Source: Patescibacteria group bacterium (GTDB lineage Bacteria; Patescibacteriota; WWE3; UBA101185; UBA10185). From it: a stretch of 64,000 bases of DNA. The notes beneath the pieces were generated by a model. That model was not told the origin of the DNA, searched no databases, and was given only the letters and a program-made list of their open reading frames with translations. Location: the NCBI GenBank assembly GCA_026004595.1, contig BPJL01000004.1:11919-75918 (forward strand), read 5' to 3'. A program made the position numbers and the translations under genes. Of the stretch, positions 9,421 to 19,724 are shown piece after piece; the stretch's first letter is position 1, and every line of letters begins with the position of its first letter.

Positions 9421-10566
9421 TCAGATGCCCCTTGGCCTAAATGTTGATACTTTTGTCCGCCCAAAAACTACCCTCTTGTTCGGAAGATTATCTATCGTAT
9501 AGAGTTTTACCGGCTTTTCAGTTCCAAAAACTAACCTTTTGGGATTGCTTTTTAACATCTCCCTGACAATCGAAATCAAATCCGATATTCCCTCCCCCGT
9601 CACCCCTGATATACCAATAACTTCAACCTTTTTCTCCTTGAAAACTTTTTTAATTTCTTCAAAAGCGCCTTTGATTTCCGTCACATCAATTTTATTTACA
9701 ACATTAATTTCGGGCTTTTCAGATAAACCTTTGCCATAGACTTCCAGCTCCTTTCGGATCTTGTAGTAGTTAGACAATGCATTATCGGCAAGAGATCCGC
9801 CCGAATGAGACTCGTATCCCTCTAGGGGATCGATTAAGTGCACCAATATTCTGGTTCTTTCAATATGCCTTAAGAATTCGTCACCCAGCCCTTTACCCTC
9901 CGATGCCCCCTCAATCAAACCGGGAATGTCTGCCAAAATTATGGTTTCTCCACCTTCGAGCTCCATTACACCGAGATTCGGCGACAGGGTTGTAAAGGGA
10001 TAGCTCCCAACTTTAGCTTCAGCATGAGTAAGCCTATTAAGCAAAGTGCTTTTTCCAGCATTAGGAAGACCAATAAGGCCTATATCGGCAACCAGCTTAA
10101 CCTCAAGCTTTACAATTTTTTCCTCGCCCTTAGTCCCATGTGTAAATTGGGTTGGAGTTCTGTTCGTAGCGCTTCTAAACCTAAAATTCCCTTTTCCCCC
10201 AATACCTCCTCTTGCTATCAAAAACTCCTGGCCATCTTCGCTGAGATCAGCTACAAGAATCTCTCTGTTATCCTTAATTTCGTAAACCAGGGTTCCTAAA
10301 GGAACAGGGATACGGAGGTCTTCTCCATCGGCGCCGAACATTTTTTTCTTGCCTCCGGGATCACCGTTTTGAGCGGCAAAAATATCTTTCGCCCTAAAAT
10401 CCCTCAATGTGGCCAAGTTTCTATCGGCCACAAAATAAACATCTCCTCCGTCTCCCCCATCGCCACCATCCGGCCCACCTTTTGGAGCCCCTCTTCCGCG
10501 CAAAAAAGAGACCTTGCCATCTCCACCGTCACCTGCTTTTACTTTTATCTTTACCAAATCAATCAT
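9421..10566 (-). CDS. obg: GTPase Obg/CgtA
   Basis: Gly-rich GGPDGGDGG, GLPNAGKST, YPFTT, DIPG, NKID. Confidence 0.97.
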   Translation of the reverse strand: MIDLVKIKVKAGDGGDGKVSFLRGRGAPKGGPDGGDGGDGGDVYFVADRNLATLRDFRAKDIFAAQNGDPGGKKKMFGADGEDLRIPVPLGTLVYEIKDNREILVADLSEDGQEFLIARGGIGGKGNFRFRSATNRTPTQFTHGTKGEEKIVKLEVKLVADIGLIGLPNAGKSTLLNRLTHAEAKVGSYPFTTLSPNLGVMELEGGETIILADIPGLIEGASEGKGLGDEFLRHIERTRILVHLIDPLEGYESHSGGSLADNALSNYYKIRKELEVYGKGLSEKPEINVVNKIDVTEIKGAFEEIKKVFKEKKVEVIGISGVTGEGISDLISIVREMLKSNPKRLVFGTEKPVKLYTIDNLPNKRVVFGRTKVSTFRPRGI

Positions 10567-10613
10567 ATTAAAAATCTTGCCCCCCGGACCCAGCCAATAA
10601 TTACATCCAGCAA

Positions 10614-11816
10614 CTATTGGACAAAATTAAACGGATCTTGAGCAATCCCATTATACTTAACCATGAAATGAACGTGTGTGCCTGTTGACCTGCCAGTGCT
10701 TCCCATCAACCCAATCACTTCTCCTCTGGACACGTTTTGCCCATAGCTTACATCTATTCGGCTCATGTGACCGTAAACGGTTTCATAACCATCACCGTGA
10801 TCTATCCTCACATGTAAACCGAGCCCAAACGGATCCCAACCTGCTCTGACAACCGTTCCCGATGCACAAGCAAGAAGTGGCGGGGATGGTATGTTCCTCG
10901 GAGTAGCTATATCTATTCCATTGTGATACCAGCTATAGTATTGTGTTATGACCCTCACAGTAGTAGGCCAAATACAGAAACCCCTGTCCGCCTCCGCAAC
11001 AGTACCGGGTCCAGTGGAAGGCACTCCCGAATAAATTGGGGCTATCGGTACAACCTTTGGAACCTTACCACCAGGTATGACAAGCTCTGTTCCTAAGGCT
11101 AGACTTGACGTGTCTAACAAATAGTTAAAATCAGCAATAGCCTGCATAGGAACATCGTACTTGGCGGCAATTGAAGAAAGAGTGTCTCCCCTCTCAACAG
11201 TGTGAATTAACCCAGCAACAGGCGGTATCGTTATCTCCTGCCCAATTTTAAGAATAGAATTATCTGATAGCTTATTAACGTATTTAATGGCGTCGGTGGA
11301 TATTTTGAATTTATTGCCTATGCTGTAAAGGGTATCTCCGGATTCAACTCTGTATATAAACGGCTCGGTCCTTTGCCGCATTTCGGGCAAAGTTGTAACC
11401 GCCATCTCTTTTTTAGGAATGATATCGCTAGAGGTTGGTATATAGTCGGCTCTCACCTCTGGACTGGCAATAAAATCGTAGCTACTCAAAACCTCTCCAA
11501 TTGTAAAAACGACTAAAGAAACACCTACTACGGTCGCAAAAGCCAACGGCCTTCCGATCTTACCTCTTGACCAAATAAGCTTTTTAACAAGAAACGACTT
11601 GGCCGAAGATGGCAATTTCAATATAAAAATTACAAAAGATCCGGCCAAGAAGAACAAGTCTGTAAGCTTATTCCAAATATACTCTAATAGCGAACGGATA
11701 AACTCCGCCCATACATTTAATAACTGCTCAAATTTGTTCCGTCCGCGTGGTCTAAATCCTTCAAAACTTAGCTGAAAAAAGCGTTTAGACGCCGGGCGTT
11801 TGATAGTGAAAACCAT
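10614..11816 (-). CDS. Membrane-anchored 2xLysM + M23 peptidase
   Basis: YRVESGDTL and HTVERGDTL LysM repeats; HNGID, YGHM, STGTHVHF; start 11816 or 11828. Confidence 0.9.
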   Translation of the reverse strand: MVFTIKRPASKRFFQLSFEGFRPRGRNKFEQLLNVWAEFIRSLLEYIWNKLTDLFFLAGSFVIFILKLPSSAKSFLVKKLIWSRGKIGRPLAFATVVGVSLVVFTIGEVLSSYDFIASPEVRADYIPTSSDIIPKKEMAVTTLPEMRQRTEPFIYRVESGDTLYSIGNKFKISTDAIKYVNKLSDNSILKIGQEITIPPVAGLIHTVERGDTLSSIAAKYDVPMQAIADFNYLLDTSSLALGTELVIPGGKVPKVVPIAPIYSGVPSTGPGTVAEADRGFCIWPTTVRVITQYYSWYHNGIDIATPRNIPSPPLLACASGTVVRAGWDPFGLGLHVRIDHGDGYETVYGHMSRIDVSYGQNVSRGEVIGLMGSTGRSTGTHVHFMVKYNGIAQDPFNFVQ

Positions 11817-11923
11817 AGTATGCGCCACCCAATCGGCGCTTTACCGATTTTACCAACATGTTGTAATATCGGCAAACTAAAACACCGCTGGAAAAGGATC
11901 CGTACATAATCGTCCTAAAAAGA

Positions 11924-13282
11924 TTATGCTCCTGTGTGAAGGGTATCAAGAAATTCCTTATTGCTCTTGGTTTTCTTCAAGCGCTCTATAACAAGATCCG
12001 TAGCATCTCGATCATCAAGAAGATCCACCATTCTTCTTAATCTGTAAACCTTTTCTAGAGTTGTTGGGTCAAAAAGCTGTTCCTCGTGCCTTGTTCCGCT
12101 TGATTTTATATCAATAGCCGGGAATATACGCCTTTCAGAAAGACTCCTGTCCAAACGCAATTCCATATTTCCAGTACCTTTAAACTCTTCAAATATAACA
12201 TCATCCATTCTTGAACCGGTTTCAACTAGCGCTGTGGCTATAATCGTTAAACTACCTTTTTCTTCAAAGTTTCTGGCTGCTCCAAAAAAGTGCTTAGCCG
12301 GGTACAAAGCCGCCGGATCGAAACCACCGGTTAACGTTCTTCCTGAAGGCGGGGCAACCATATTGTAGGCACGAGCGAGCCTGGTAATAGAATCCATTAA
12401 TATGACCACATCTCTGCCTCTTTCAGCTAGTCTTTTGGCCCTTTCAAGGCAAAGCTCCGAAACACGGGTTTGCTCCTCTGCCCTTTCGTCAAAGTTGCTT
12501 GCATACACCTCGCCTTTGACATTTCTGCTGAAATGCGTGACTTCTTCGGGTCTCTCACCAATTAACGCTACCATTAACACAATATCCGGATAGTTAGTTG
12601 TTATACCATTGGCAATATCCATTAACAGAAATGTTTTTCCCGCTTTTGGAGGAGCTACCAGCATAGCTCTCTGTCCCTTACCAATAGGTGCAATCAAATC
12701 TATTAGCCTGGTGGATATGACATCTTTTGTAGTTTCAAGCTTCAACCATTCGTCAGGAAATATGGGTGTGAGTTCGGCAAAATGAGGCCTTTTCTTGGCA
12801 GTATCCGGATCCAGACCCTCCACTGACTCTATCCTCAAAAGAGATAGGTATCTCTCCCCTTCTTTAGGAGGTCGGGCGTATCCCTTTATCATATCCCCTT
12901 TTCTTAAACTAAATCTTTTTATCTGCGAATGGCTGATATAAACATCGCGAGGAAGATCAGATTCTACTCTTTCTTTTTGTCTTATAACTCCATAATCGTT
13001 GAGTACTTCGAGCATTCCTTCTATAGCGACAGCGTCACCATTTGAAACTGAATCTTCAAATGAGGAGTAATGAGTTTTTGTCTGATAAGAAGAAGGTTGC
13101 GGTGTAGACACCTCTTTAGCGTCGTTTTCTAAGTTCACAGTGGTAAGCGGTTCTGACGGCGCGTCATCTGAAGCCCTTGAGCGATAAGCTTTTCTTCTGG
13201 ACACATCATTGTCCGAAGATTGAACACTATTATTAGTCAAATTGTTATTATTACTTGCATCTGCAGGTTTTTTTATTGGCAT
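11924..13282 (-). CDS. rho: Transcription termination factor Rho
   Basis: DVYISHSQI, PIGKGQR, APPKAGKT, ERPEEVT, DSITRLARAYN, EEFKGTGNMEL. Confidence 0.97.
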   Translation of the reverse strand: MPIKKPADASNNNNLTNNSVQSSDNDVSRRKAYRSRASDDAPSEPLTTVNLENDAKEVSTPQPSSYQTKTHYSSFEDSVSNGDAVAIEGMLEVLNDYGVIRQKERVESDLPRDVYISHSQIKRFSLRKGDMIKGYARPPKEGERYLSLLRIESVEGLDPDTAKKRPHFAELTPIFPDEWLKLETTKDVISTRLIDLIAPIGKGQRAMLVAPPKAGKTFLLMDIANGITTNYPDIVLMVALIGERPEEVTHFSRNVKGEVYASNFDERAEEQTRVSELCLERAKRLAERGRDVVILMDSITRLARAYNMVAPPSGRTLTGGFDPAALYPAKHFFGAARNFEEKGSLTIIATALVETGSRMDDVIFEEFKGTGNMELRLDRSLSERRIFPAIDIKSSGTRHEEQLFDPTTLEKVYRLRRMVDLLDDRDATDLVIERLKKTKSNKEFLDTLHTGA

Positions 13283-13394
13283 ATTTAATTGTTGAAATTG
13301 AAAAATATATACATCAATCTGTTTAAGGCACTTGCCTAAAGCCGGGAGATAGCCACTGCCCCATGCTACCTCCCGACTTCAAACCTCATCGTAT

Positions 13395-14054
13395 TTAAAG
13401 AGTTTCGATAAGCTCTGCCTTCACAACAAGCCGCTTGTCGTACGTAGACATACCCGGAAGCCAAACGCCGCCACATGTTATGAGGGTCATTTCCGCTTTG
13501 TCGCTTTTATCCTCAAGAACTTTAAGTCTATCGGGATCGTTGATATCTACTAGGAAAGAGTCAACAATTTGGTAAGCGTACAGCCTTCCTAAACTATCTT
13601 CTAAAAGAACTGTATCACCTACTGTTGCATTTTTCAACTGGTAAAACGCGGCTGGGCGGCCATAGTTATCATCGAAATGCGCGTTGATAATAATATTGCC
13701 TTTTTCTCCGGGTTTGGCGCTCTTTTTATACCATCCTGCCTCATTCCAGTTTTTAGGGGTGTCCAAAGAGCCGTCGCCAGACACACCAACTTCAACTATT
13801 TTTGCTGAAATATTTCTCTCTTTTATTGAAACTTTTACGGGAGGAAGGTAGATAGGTTCTATGGACGCCTCAAATACTGACTCCTGCTCCTGAACAGCCC
13901 CCTGCTCAACCGCCTCACGCTCCTTTTTGCTAAAAACACCAATTGCTACCCCGGCAAGAACCCCGTTCTTATACAAAATATAACCACCTCCGAAAAGGAT
14001 TAATAACACAAGAACAACAAATATGTACTTTTTCTTGCCTGGTGAACTGTTCAT
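13395..14054 (-). CDS. Class F sortase
   Basis: N-terminal TM; AGWY...PGEKGNIIINAH, TLITCGG, catalytic R in DKRLVV. Confidence 0.9.
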   Translation of the reverse strand: MNSSPGKKKYIFVVLVLLILFGGGYILYKNGVLAGVAIGVFSKKEREAVEQGAVQEQESVFEASIEPIYLPPVKVSIKERNISAKIVEVGVSGDGSLDTPKNWNEAGWYKKSAKPGEKGNIIINAHFDDNYGRPAAFYQLKNATVGDTVLLEDSLGRLYAYQIVDSFLVDINDPDRLKVLEDKSDKAEMTLITCGGVWLPGMSTYDKRLVVKAELIETL

Positions 14055-14084
14055 AGGTAATGCTTCTTATAGTCTACAAAAACA

Positions 14085-14150
14085 TTTAGGCAGAAGACAG
14101 AATGGTCGAGTAAGCGAACCCAAACCCAACCATTCTGCCCCCTGCCTAAA
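14085..14150 (-). other. 27-bp RNA hairpin between LPxTG gene and sortase
   Basis: Fully paired on the minus strand with five G.U wobbles; 12-nt loop. Confidence 0.7.
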
Positions 14151-14214
14151 CAGCAAAGGGCAAACGGGGATCTCGCGCCGGCATAGGCCGGCGAAGAGAA
14201 CTACATACAAAAAG

Positions 14215-14832
14215 TTACTTTCTCTTTCTCATCAAGGCTCCAGCTAGTAAAAGGCCGATTCCTGATATACCTGTGATTGAAACGGCACCGGTATTGGGGA
14301 GTTCTTTAGGTTTTCCTTTACCGTAACAAACGGTTGCGGTGTCAGAACCTTCAAACTCGTCATCCCAATAAACCTTGGCCTTATTTACAACACATTTATC
14401 AAAAGCCTCATCTCTGTCGAATTCGTCTTCATCAATCTGGGCCTTTATGATAAAAGTCTTGGTCTCGCCGGGATCAAAATCATCCCAATATTCAGTGAGG
14501 CCCGAGCCCCCTACTCTTTCCATTTCTTTGGGTAGAGAGTCTGACATCTTCATATCATCAAAGTCTTTATCAATATCCTCGTCTGAAAGGTTTTTGATTC
14601 TAATCCTAAACTCAACCACGTCATCTTCATCGACATCTGTGACTTTGGATTCCCAATCGTCGTCCCCTTCAATTCTTACTTTCTTCTCTATGCTAAACCT
14701 CTTGTTGTATATGCAGGTTTCTCCTCCCCCGTAATTTGACTCGCAGTCGGCAAGGGCTTTGTCATTTGACAAAAGGAACAAGCCGGCTACGAAGGCTGCC
14801 AAAGCTATTAACTTGTAACCTTTATTTTTCAT
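14215..14832 (-). CDS. Acidic secreted Ig-like (DUF11-like) protein with LPNTG sorting signal
   Basis: Signal peptide MKNKGYKLIALAAF; IEKKV...VEFRIRIKN...DSLP...N.AKV; ELPNTG + hydrophobic tail + RKRK. Confidence 0.8.
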   Translation of the reverse strand: MKNKGYKLIALAAFVAGLFLLSNDKALADCESNYGGGETCIYNKRFSIEKKVRIEGDDDWESKVTDVDEDDVVEFRIRIKNLSDEDIDKDFDDMKMSDSLPKEMERVGGSGLTEYWDDFDPGETKTFIIKAQIDEDEFDRDEAFDKCVVNKAKVYWDDEFEGSDTATVCYGKGKPKELPNTGAVSITGISGIGLLLAGALMRKRK

Positions 14833-14953
14833 TTTACTCAAATAATAAAACCCATACCCATCTTGCCCTAGGCAAGGTAAATATGCTGTTTTTGTTGATT
14901 TGGCAGGGAAAATAAGTACTCTTGGATTGGCTTCAGAAACCAATCGTGGCGGT

Positions 14954-14982
14954 ATTTTAACCTAAAACACCCGTTCTGTCAA
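14954..14982 (-). promoter_or_regulatory. Sigma70 promoter for LPxTG-sortase operon
   Basis: TTGACA-17-TAAAAT on minus strand. Confidence 0.7.
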
Positions 14983-14984
14983 CA

Positions 14985-16013
14985 CTATGGGACTTGGGGT
15001 TCCAAGAAGCCGTTTGGGTTCTTTTCAAACCATTTGACAAGGTTTCTTATGCTCTTCTCAAGGGTTGCGGCGGGTTTCCAACCAAGTTTTTTGCTTGCCT
15101 TGCCAAAATTCGCAAAGCTTTCAGAATATTCGCCAGGCCTAGCCTCCCCGGGGGATCTATCCAGCTTTTTTCCAACAAGCTTTTCAACCTGCTCAATAAT
15201 TTCGTAGACAGAATATCCCCTGCCCGTTCCCAAATTAAATATGTCGCTCTCGCCGCCCTTTTCTAGATACAACATTGCCATATAGTGAGCATCTGCCAAA
15301 TCACAAACATCGACATAGTCTCTAACCGGCGTCCCGTCTCTAGTGTTAAAGGTGTTTGCGCATGTAACCTTAAACGGTGCCAACCCCAGCGTTCCTCTAA
15401 CTGCGTTGGGCACTAAGTGTGTGGGAGGATATGAACTGTATCCAATATCAGAATCGTGGTCGGCGCCAATAACATTGAAGTAGCGGAAAATAACATACTT
15501 TAGTTTGAATATGTCCGCGTACCACTTTATGGCTTTCTCCACCATAAGTTTGGACTCACTGTATGGGTTTGTGGGGTTAAGGGGATGTTCTTCATCCATT
15601 GGTACATACTGCGAGTCTCCATACACAGCACAGGTTGAAGAAAATATCACATTTTTGATACCGGCGTCTTTCATTGACTCCAACAAATTAACGGAACCGG
15701 CAAGGTTGTTGATAAAATATTTTCTTGGGTCTCGCATGGATTCACTTACAACAAGAGCCCCAGCAAAATGCAGAACAGTTGCTGCTGCTTTTAAAGGACC
15801 TTGGGAAAATAACTGATGAACCTTTTCAAAATCTGTCAGGTCAGCTTCAATTACCTCAAGCTCTCCATATTTTTTGAGGTTGTCCAGCGCCTGTCTGAAT
15901 CCTGTTGAAAAGTTGTCTAAAACAAAGACTTTGTGTCCCTCCTTTAGAAATTTTTTAACAACGTGGCTTCCAATGTACCCTCCCCCGCCGGTTATCAATA
16001 CTTCACTCTTCAT
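14985..16013 (-). CDS. galE: UDP-glucose 4-epimerase
   Basis: TGGGGYIGSH, HFAG...V.ES, FSSTCAVYG, YSESK, RYFN, DGTPVRDYV. Confidence 0.95.
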   Translation of the reverse strand: MKSEVLITGGGGYIGSHVVKKFLKEGHKVFVLDNFSTGFRQALDNLKKYGELEVIEADLTDFEKVHQLFSQGPLKAAATVLHFAGALVVSESMRDPRKYFINNLAGSVNLLESMKDAGIKNVIFSSTCAVYGDSQYVPMDEEHPLNPTNPYSESKLMVEKAIKWYADIFKLKYVIFRYFNVIGADHDSDIGYSSYPPTHLVPNAVRGTLGLAPFKVTCANTFNTRDGTPVRDYVDVCDLADAHYMAMLYLEKGGESDIFNLGTGRGYSVYEIIEQVEKLVGKKLDRSPGEARPGEYSESFANFGKASKKLGWKPAATLEKSIRNLVKWFEKNPNGFLEPQVP

Positions 16014-19000
16014 AAGCCTCCTTGTATCTAATGAAATAAAAAGCTAGAAGCGGGAGAATCAAAAGGCCAATGTATTCAAGAATCTCAGGCCAGAAAATAA
16101 ACCTTACCCTTGAAATATCTGCCGCCGTGTCAAAAACCCATCCGTTCGCCCAGTTATTTACGCTGACATGCCGAGCCTTGCAAGGCGCAACGCCGCACAA
16201 AGCAACCCATCCCTTTTCATAGGCCTCGTTGAGAACTAAAAGTTTAGCTCCTGTATCTGGCGCGACTTCAGTATGGTAATTCCTCAAATATTCATAGGGC
16301 ATTGGCGTCATCCTTACAACCTCAAGCTGGTTCTCGGTGTAATCGTTGCCAAATACAAGGTTAGAAAAGTTTACGGTATACCCCATCTCATTGCCCATCG
16401 GAGGTATCAAATAATAGTAACTTTGCATCCTATTTCTTTTGAGGAGTTCAACATACAAGTCGCATCTTTTGGAAAACTCATTGGTGAGACAAACACGCAA
16501 AGGAGCCCCCGCAACATTTCTTGCCCGAATTTCAAGAAGATAGCCGGTATTTTGGGGCAAGTACGGAAATGGAAAGGAGTCACAAATCGCGTTTTCCCCC
16601 GATGAATATGTCAAAACCCCTAGCTCCGAACCTAAAATCGGAATGTTCTCTTGGTTTTTGAGCAGATTGCAGTACCTGTGGTAATGATCTAAATCAACAG
16701 CTTTTCCGCCGAAAGACATATTTTCGTCAATTTTGTAGGGTTCTGACACAAACGGAGAAAGTACCTCTGAAACATCCAAATCTACAGGGGCGGAAACTAC
16801 GTTTTTTACCTTATAAAGCGTTGTGTTCCTAAATGTAGTAGATATTGGGCCCTCCCTTCCCAACGCATTGGAATTGAAACGCAAAAAGTAATGACTCATA
16901 TCGCCGCTGGCCGTAAACATGTGCACTCCGTCCCTATAAAAATTTTCACATAAACCCGATTTATCGCTAAATATACACACAGAATAAGGATTATCGGGCT
17001 CAACCTCCGTTTTCAGAATGTAGATAGGAGACCCCTCCGCTAAAAAAGCCCCAAGAGGAAGGGTTAGACAAGCTCTCACACCCTCACCAATCAAGGTAAA
17101 TCCATCATTAAGATACCTAACCTCGTAGGAGCTAAGTTCATAAAGACCGCTGCATGGTTCGAGCTGCCCGAGATATTCGGTTGAAAGAGGCTCTCCTTGA
17201 TCCATCGCATAGATATTCACAATGTTGGATCCCGAATCTCCGATCTTGTAATAAAAAGTGGTTTCCTTTGGGCCTAAATCATTTGGCCCAAAAAACAGCC
17301 CTCTGGGATCGTTGTTGACCGATATCACCACAGGCATGTCAACAGGCGTTCCTTCAATAAAAGCTGACCAAATTTCCTTTCCGGAAGATATATGACGTAC
17401 GGTAAACTTAAAACCTCCGGACTCCCCCTGTCTTTCAAACACTCCAACTAACGGAACTTGCCCTACCCCGCCCTTTTCAACAACACCTAAAACTGACTCG
17501 CTTCCGGTAACAAACTTGGGGTTAATAAATATGTTTCCGCCTACTGCTTGAACATGCTCCTCTTTCAGAGTTTCATCTGTATTCAATATACCTACATATG
17601 GAAAAGCCTCTTGGCCGCCACTCACGTAAGGTTGGTAGTATGAATATATTGGATCCCAAGGTTCCTTGTAAATCACATCTCCCACAGAATAGAACCGGTC
17701 GAAAGATTCCGATCTTGAGAAAGGAATGGCAGGCTCATACTCATACACATAAAGGCCTCCGCCAAAATCACGGGAAAGAGTTATACGCCCAGTATCAGCA
17801 AACAGCTTTTTTATTTCATCGTAGAAAAGCTGTTTCGCATCTGCCGCCGGAGCGATAATCGATTCGTCCAGCAACAACCATCTGATTTTGTACTTATCCA
17901 GTGTTTGCAACAGAAGAGCTGGGTTCCTTGAGTAAACCGCATATGACATTTCTCTGTAGTATTGCTCGTTAAGAAGGTTCCATCTATCAAACTCACGGTT
18001 TAGCAAAGGCTGCTTTATACCAAACCACAAGAACCCTGCTCCCTGATACCCAAGGCGTGTTGCGGGATCCCAGTCGTAATACATCCAGCCCCAAAAGGTA
18101 TGCACGGGAAAATCCGCTACTCTTCCATATTCCTCCCGAGAATCAAAATACTTAAACATCTCAAAGTATCTATCCGGAATGTTTACTTTCATTGACCGGC
18201 TGATTAAATTTCCAGCAAAGGCAGGCCACATATAATAAATAAGTAGGATGGTTGATGCTACTAGTACTGCCCCATGCACAAATTTTGGAAGCAGAACTTT
18301 GTGAGTGATTTTGTAGAAAAGGTTGGAATACCATGCAAGAGCATAGCCGAAAAAGGCGCTGTAAGAGAACATCAGTCCTATTGAAAACTTAGTGAACGGA
18401 AACCTGAAAGCCTCCTTGAAAAGCGGTACTATCTCCTGCAAAAGAACAAAGAGCCCTCCAAAGGGCGGATTAACATTGAATAGAAAAAATATGCCTATAG
18501 CGAAAAAGGTGAATACTCCGATAGCGAACTTTTCCCTTCTGATAAGAGTGGCCAGTATACCAAGACATATGAAAACAAACATGCCATAGCCGATTAGCAA
18601 AACTCCTGGGCTATCAAGATGCCTGACCCACTCATCCATTAACTCCCCATACTGCGCGTTGCCCACATGCTCTCCCCACCCAAACAAAAAGCTTCTTAAA
18701 ATCGCCACATCCTGGGTGCCCCCATATTTTTTGTTTGCCAAAAAGGCCTCGTTTGAGAAAAGACTGTGGATTTTGGACATATTCACTTCCCCGCCGTGGT
18801 TAACAGCAAAATAAGTGTTGGGAAGAAGCCAAAAAAGATTGGTGAGAAGCACGGAAACTAAGATTATCGTAGTTCTTTGAATATACTGCGGCTTCCAAAC
18901 CTTCCTCTGGGAAAGGTCAGACAACAAGACTACCGAAAAGTAGGCGGCAAAGTAAATAAAATAGGCGTAGAAAAGAGTGCTAGTATGAGCCTGCGATGCC

Positions 19001-19596
19001 CCGAACAACGTAAGAATGAAAAAAAGAAGTAAAAACTTTCTTTTTCCGGTTTGGTAGAACGAAGAAGAAGACCACATATACCAACCTAAAAACCCAAAAT
19101 GAGTCAAAAACATCTCCAAAGGAACGTAAAAATGCTGGAGGGTTCCGAGGTTTAGCAAATAAAAAAGTGCTCCAATGAAAGAACCAAGGTTGCGAGGCGA
19201 ATCCTGAAATTTTCTTAGAAGAATATCTTTAAGAAAAAAGTAAACTCCAAAAGGGCCGAGAAAAAGCATAAGAAAAGCGTAAGCGTAACGAATAAATTTG
19301 ATGCCAAAAAAGAGATTTATCAGCATCAGTATAAGCATTCGGGGTATTTCCGATGCGTGGGATTGCGAGGCAACAGCTCCCAATCCTTGATGCTCCTGCC
19401 ACACTCCCCCAAGAATGCGGCGCCAATACAAAGACATATTGAATTCGGGATGAAGGGTGTCCCATCCAGTTAAAAAGGTGTTTGGAACGTAGTTTTTTAT
19501 GCAAATTATTAGGATTATTACAAAGAGAAGTATCGGGTAAAAACCTATTTTGGGCAGGTTGTTGAATTTAAGAAAGGTCGGAATGTTGATATGCAC
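16003..19596 (-). CDS. Large polytopic membrane protein, GT-C-like glycosyltransferase with big extracellular domain
   Basis: About 13 N-terminal TMs, GWDTLHPE loop, FRFPFTKF, C-terminal HVSVNNWANGW followed by TM. Confidence 0.55.
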   Translation of the reverse strand: MHINIPTFLKFNNLPKIGFYPILLFVIILIICIKNYVPNTFLTGWDTLHPEFNMSLYWRRILGGVWQEHQGLGAVASQSHASEIPRMLILMLINLFFGIKFIRYAYAFLMLFLGPFGVYFFLKDILLRKFQDSPRNLGSFIGALFYLLNLGTLQHFYVPLEMFLTHFGFLGWYMWSSSSFYQTGKRKFLLLFFILTLFGASQAHTSTLFYAYFIYFAAYFSVVLLSDLSQRKVWKPQYIQRTTIILVSVLLTNLFWLLPNTYFAVNHGGEVNMSKIHSLFSNEAFLANKKYGGTQDVAILRSFLFGWGEHVGNAQYGELMDEWVRHLDSPGVLLIGYGMFVFICLGILATLIRREKFAIGVFTFFAIGIFFLFNVNPPFGGLFVLLQEIVPLFKEAFRFPFTKFSIGLMFSYSAFFGYALAWYSNLFYKITHKVLLPKFVHGAVLVASTILLIYYMWPAFAGNLISRSMKVNIPDRYFEMFKYFDSREEYGRVADFPVHTFWGWMYYDWDPATRLGYQGAGFLWFGIKQPLLNREFDRWNLLNEQYYREMSYAVYSRNPALLLQTLDKYKIRWLLLDESIIAPAADAKQLFYDEIKKLFADTGRITLSRDFGGGLYVYEYEPAIPFSRSESFDRFYSVGDVIYKEPWDPIYSYYQPYVSGGQEAFPYVGILNTDETLKEEHVQAVGGNIFINPKFVTGSESVLGVVEKGGVGQVPLVGVFERQGESGGFKFTVRHISSGKEIWSAFIEGTPVDMPVVISVNNDPRGLFFGPNDLGPKETTFYYKIGDSGSNIVNIYAMDQGEPLSTEYLGQLEPCSGLYELSSYEVRYLNDGFTLIGEGVRACLTLPLGAFLAEGSPIYILKTEVEPDNPYSVCIFSDKSGLCENFYRDGVHMFTASGDMSHYFLRFNSNALGREGPISTTFRNTTLYKVKNVVSAPVDLDVSEVLSPFVSEPYKIDENMSFGGKAVDLDHYHRYCNLLKNQENIPILGSELGVLTYSSGENAICDSFPFPYLPQNTGYLLEIRARNVAGAPLRVCLTNEFSKRCDLYVELLKRNRMQSYYYLIPPMGNEMGYTVNFSNLVFGNDYTENQLEVVRMTPMPYEYLRNYHTEVAPDTGAKLLVLNEAYEKGWVALCGVAPCKARHVSVNNWANGWVFDTAADISRVRFIFWPEILEYIGLLILPLLAFYFIRYKEAYEE

Positions 19597-19670
19597 TTTT
19601 TAAGTATAGGTTTTATGGGGGGTTTGGGCAATTGCTGACGCAAATCTGGCATTGGCATGTGGCAAGTATA

Positions 19671-19717
19671 AAAAAACGGCACCGAGAGTGGATATTATCC
19701 AATTCATCTCGATGCCG
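19671..19717 (-). terminator. Hairpin plus U-tract downstream of the triple-repeat gene
   Basis: cggcaccgaga...tctcgatgccg preceded by an A run on the plus strand. Confidence 0.6.
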
Positions 19718-19724
19718 CGTAGTT

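Noticed and set aside
13320-13380. Riboswitch in the rho leader
   Set aside because: Two simple hairpins only; may be the sortase terminator or a Rho autoregulation leader, no aptamer consensus seen
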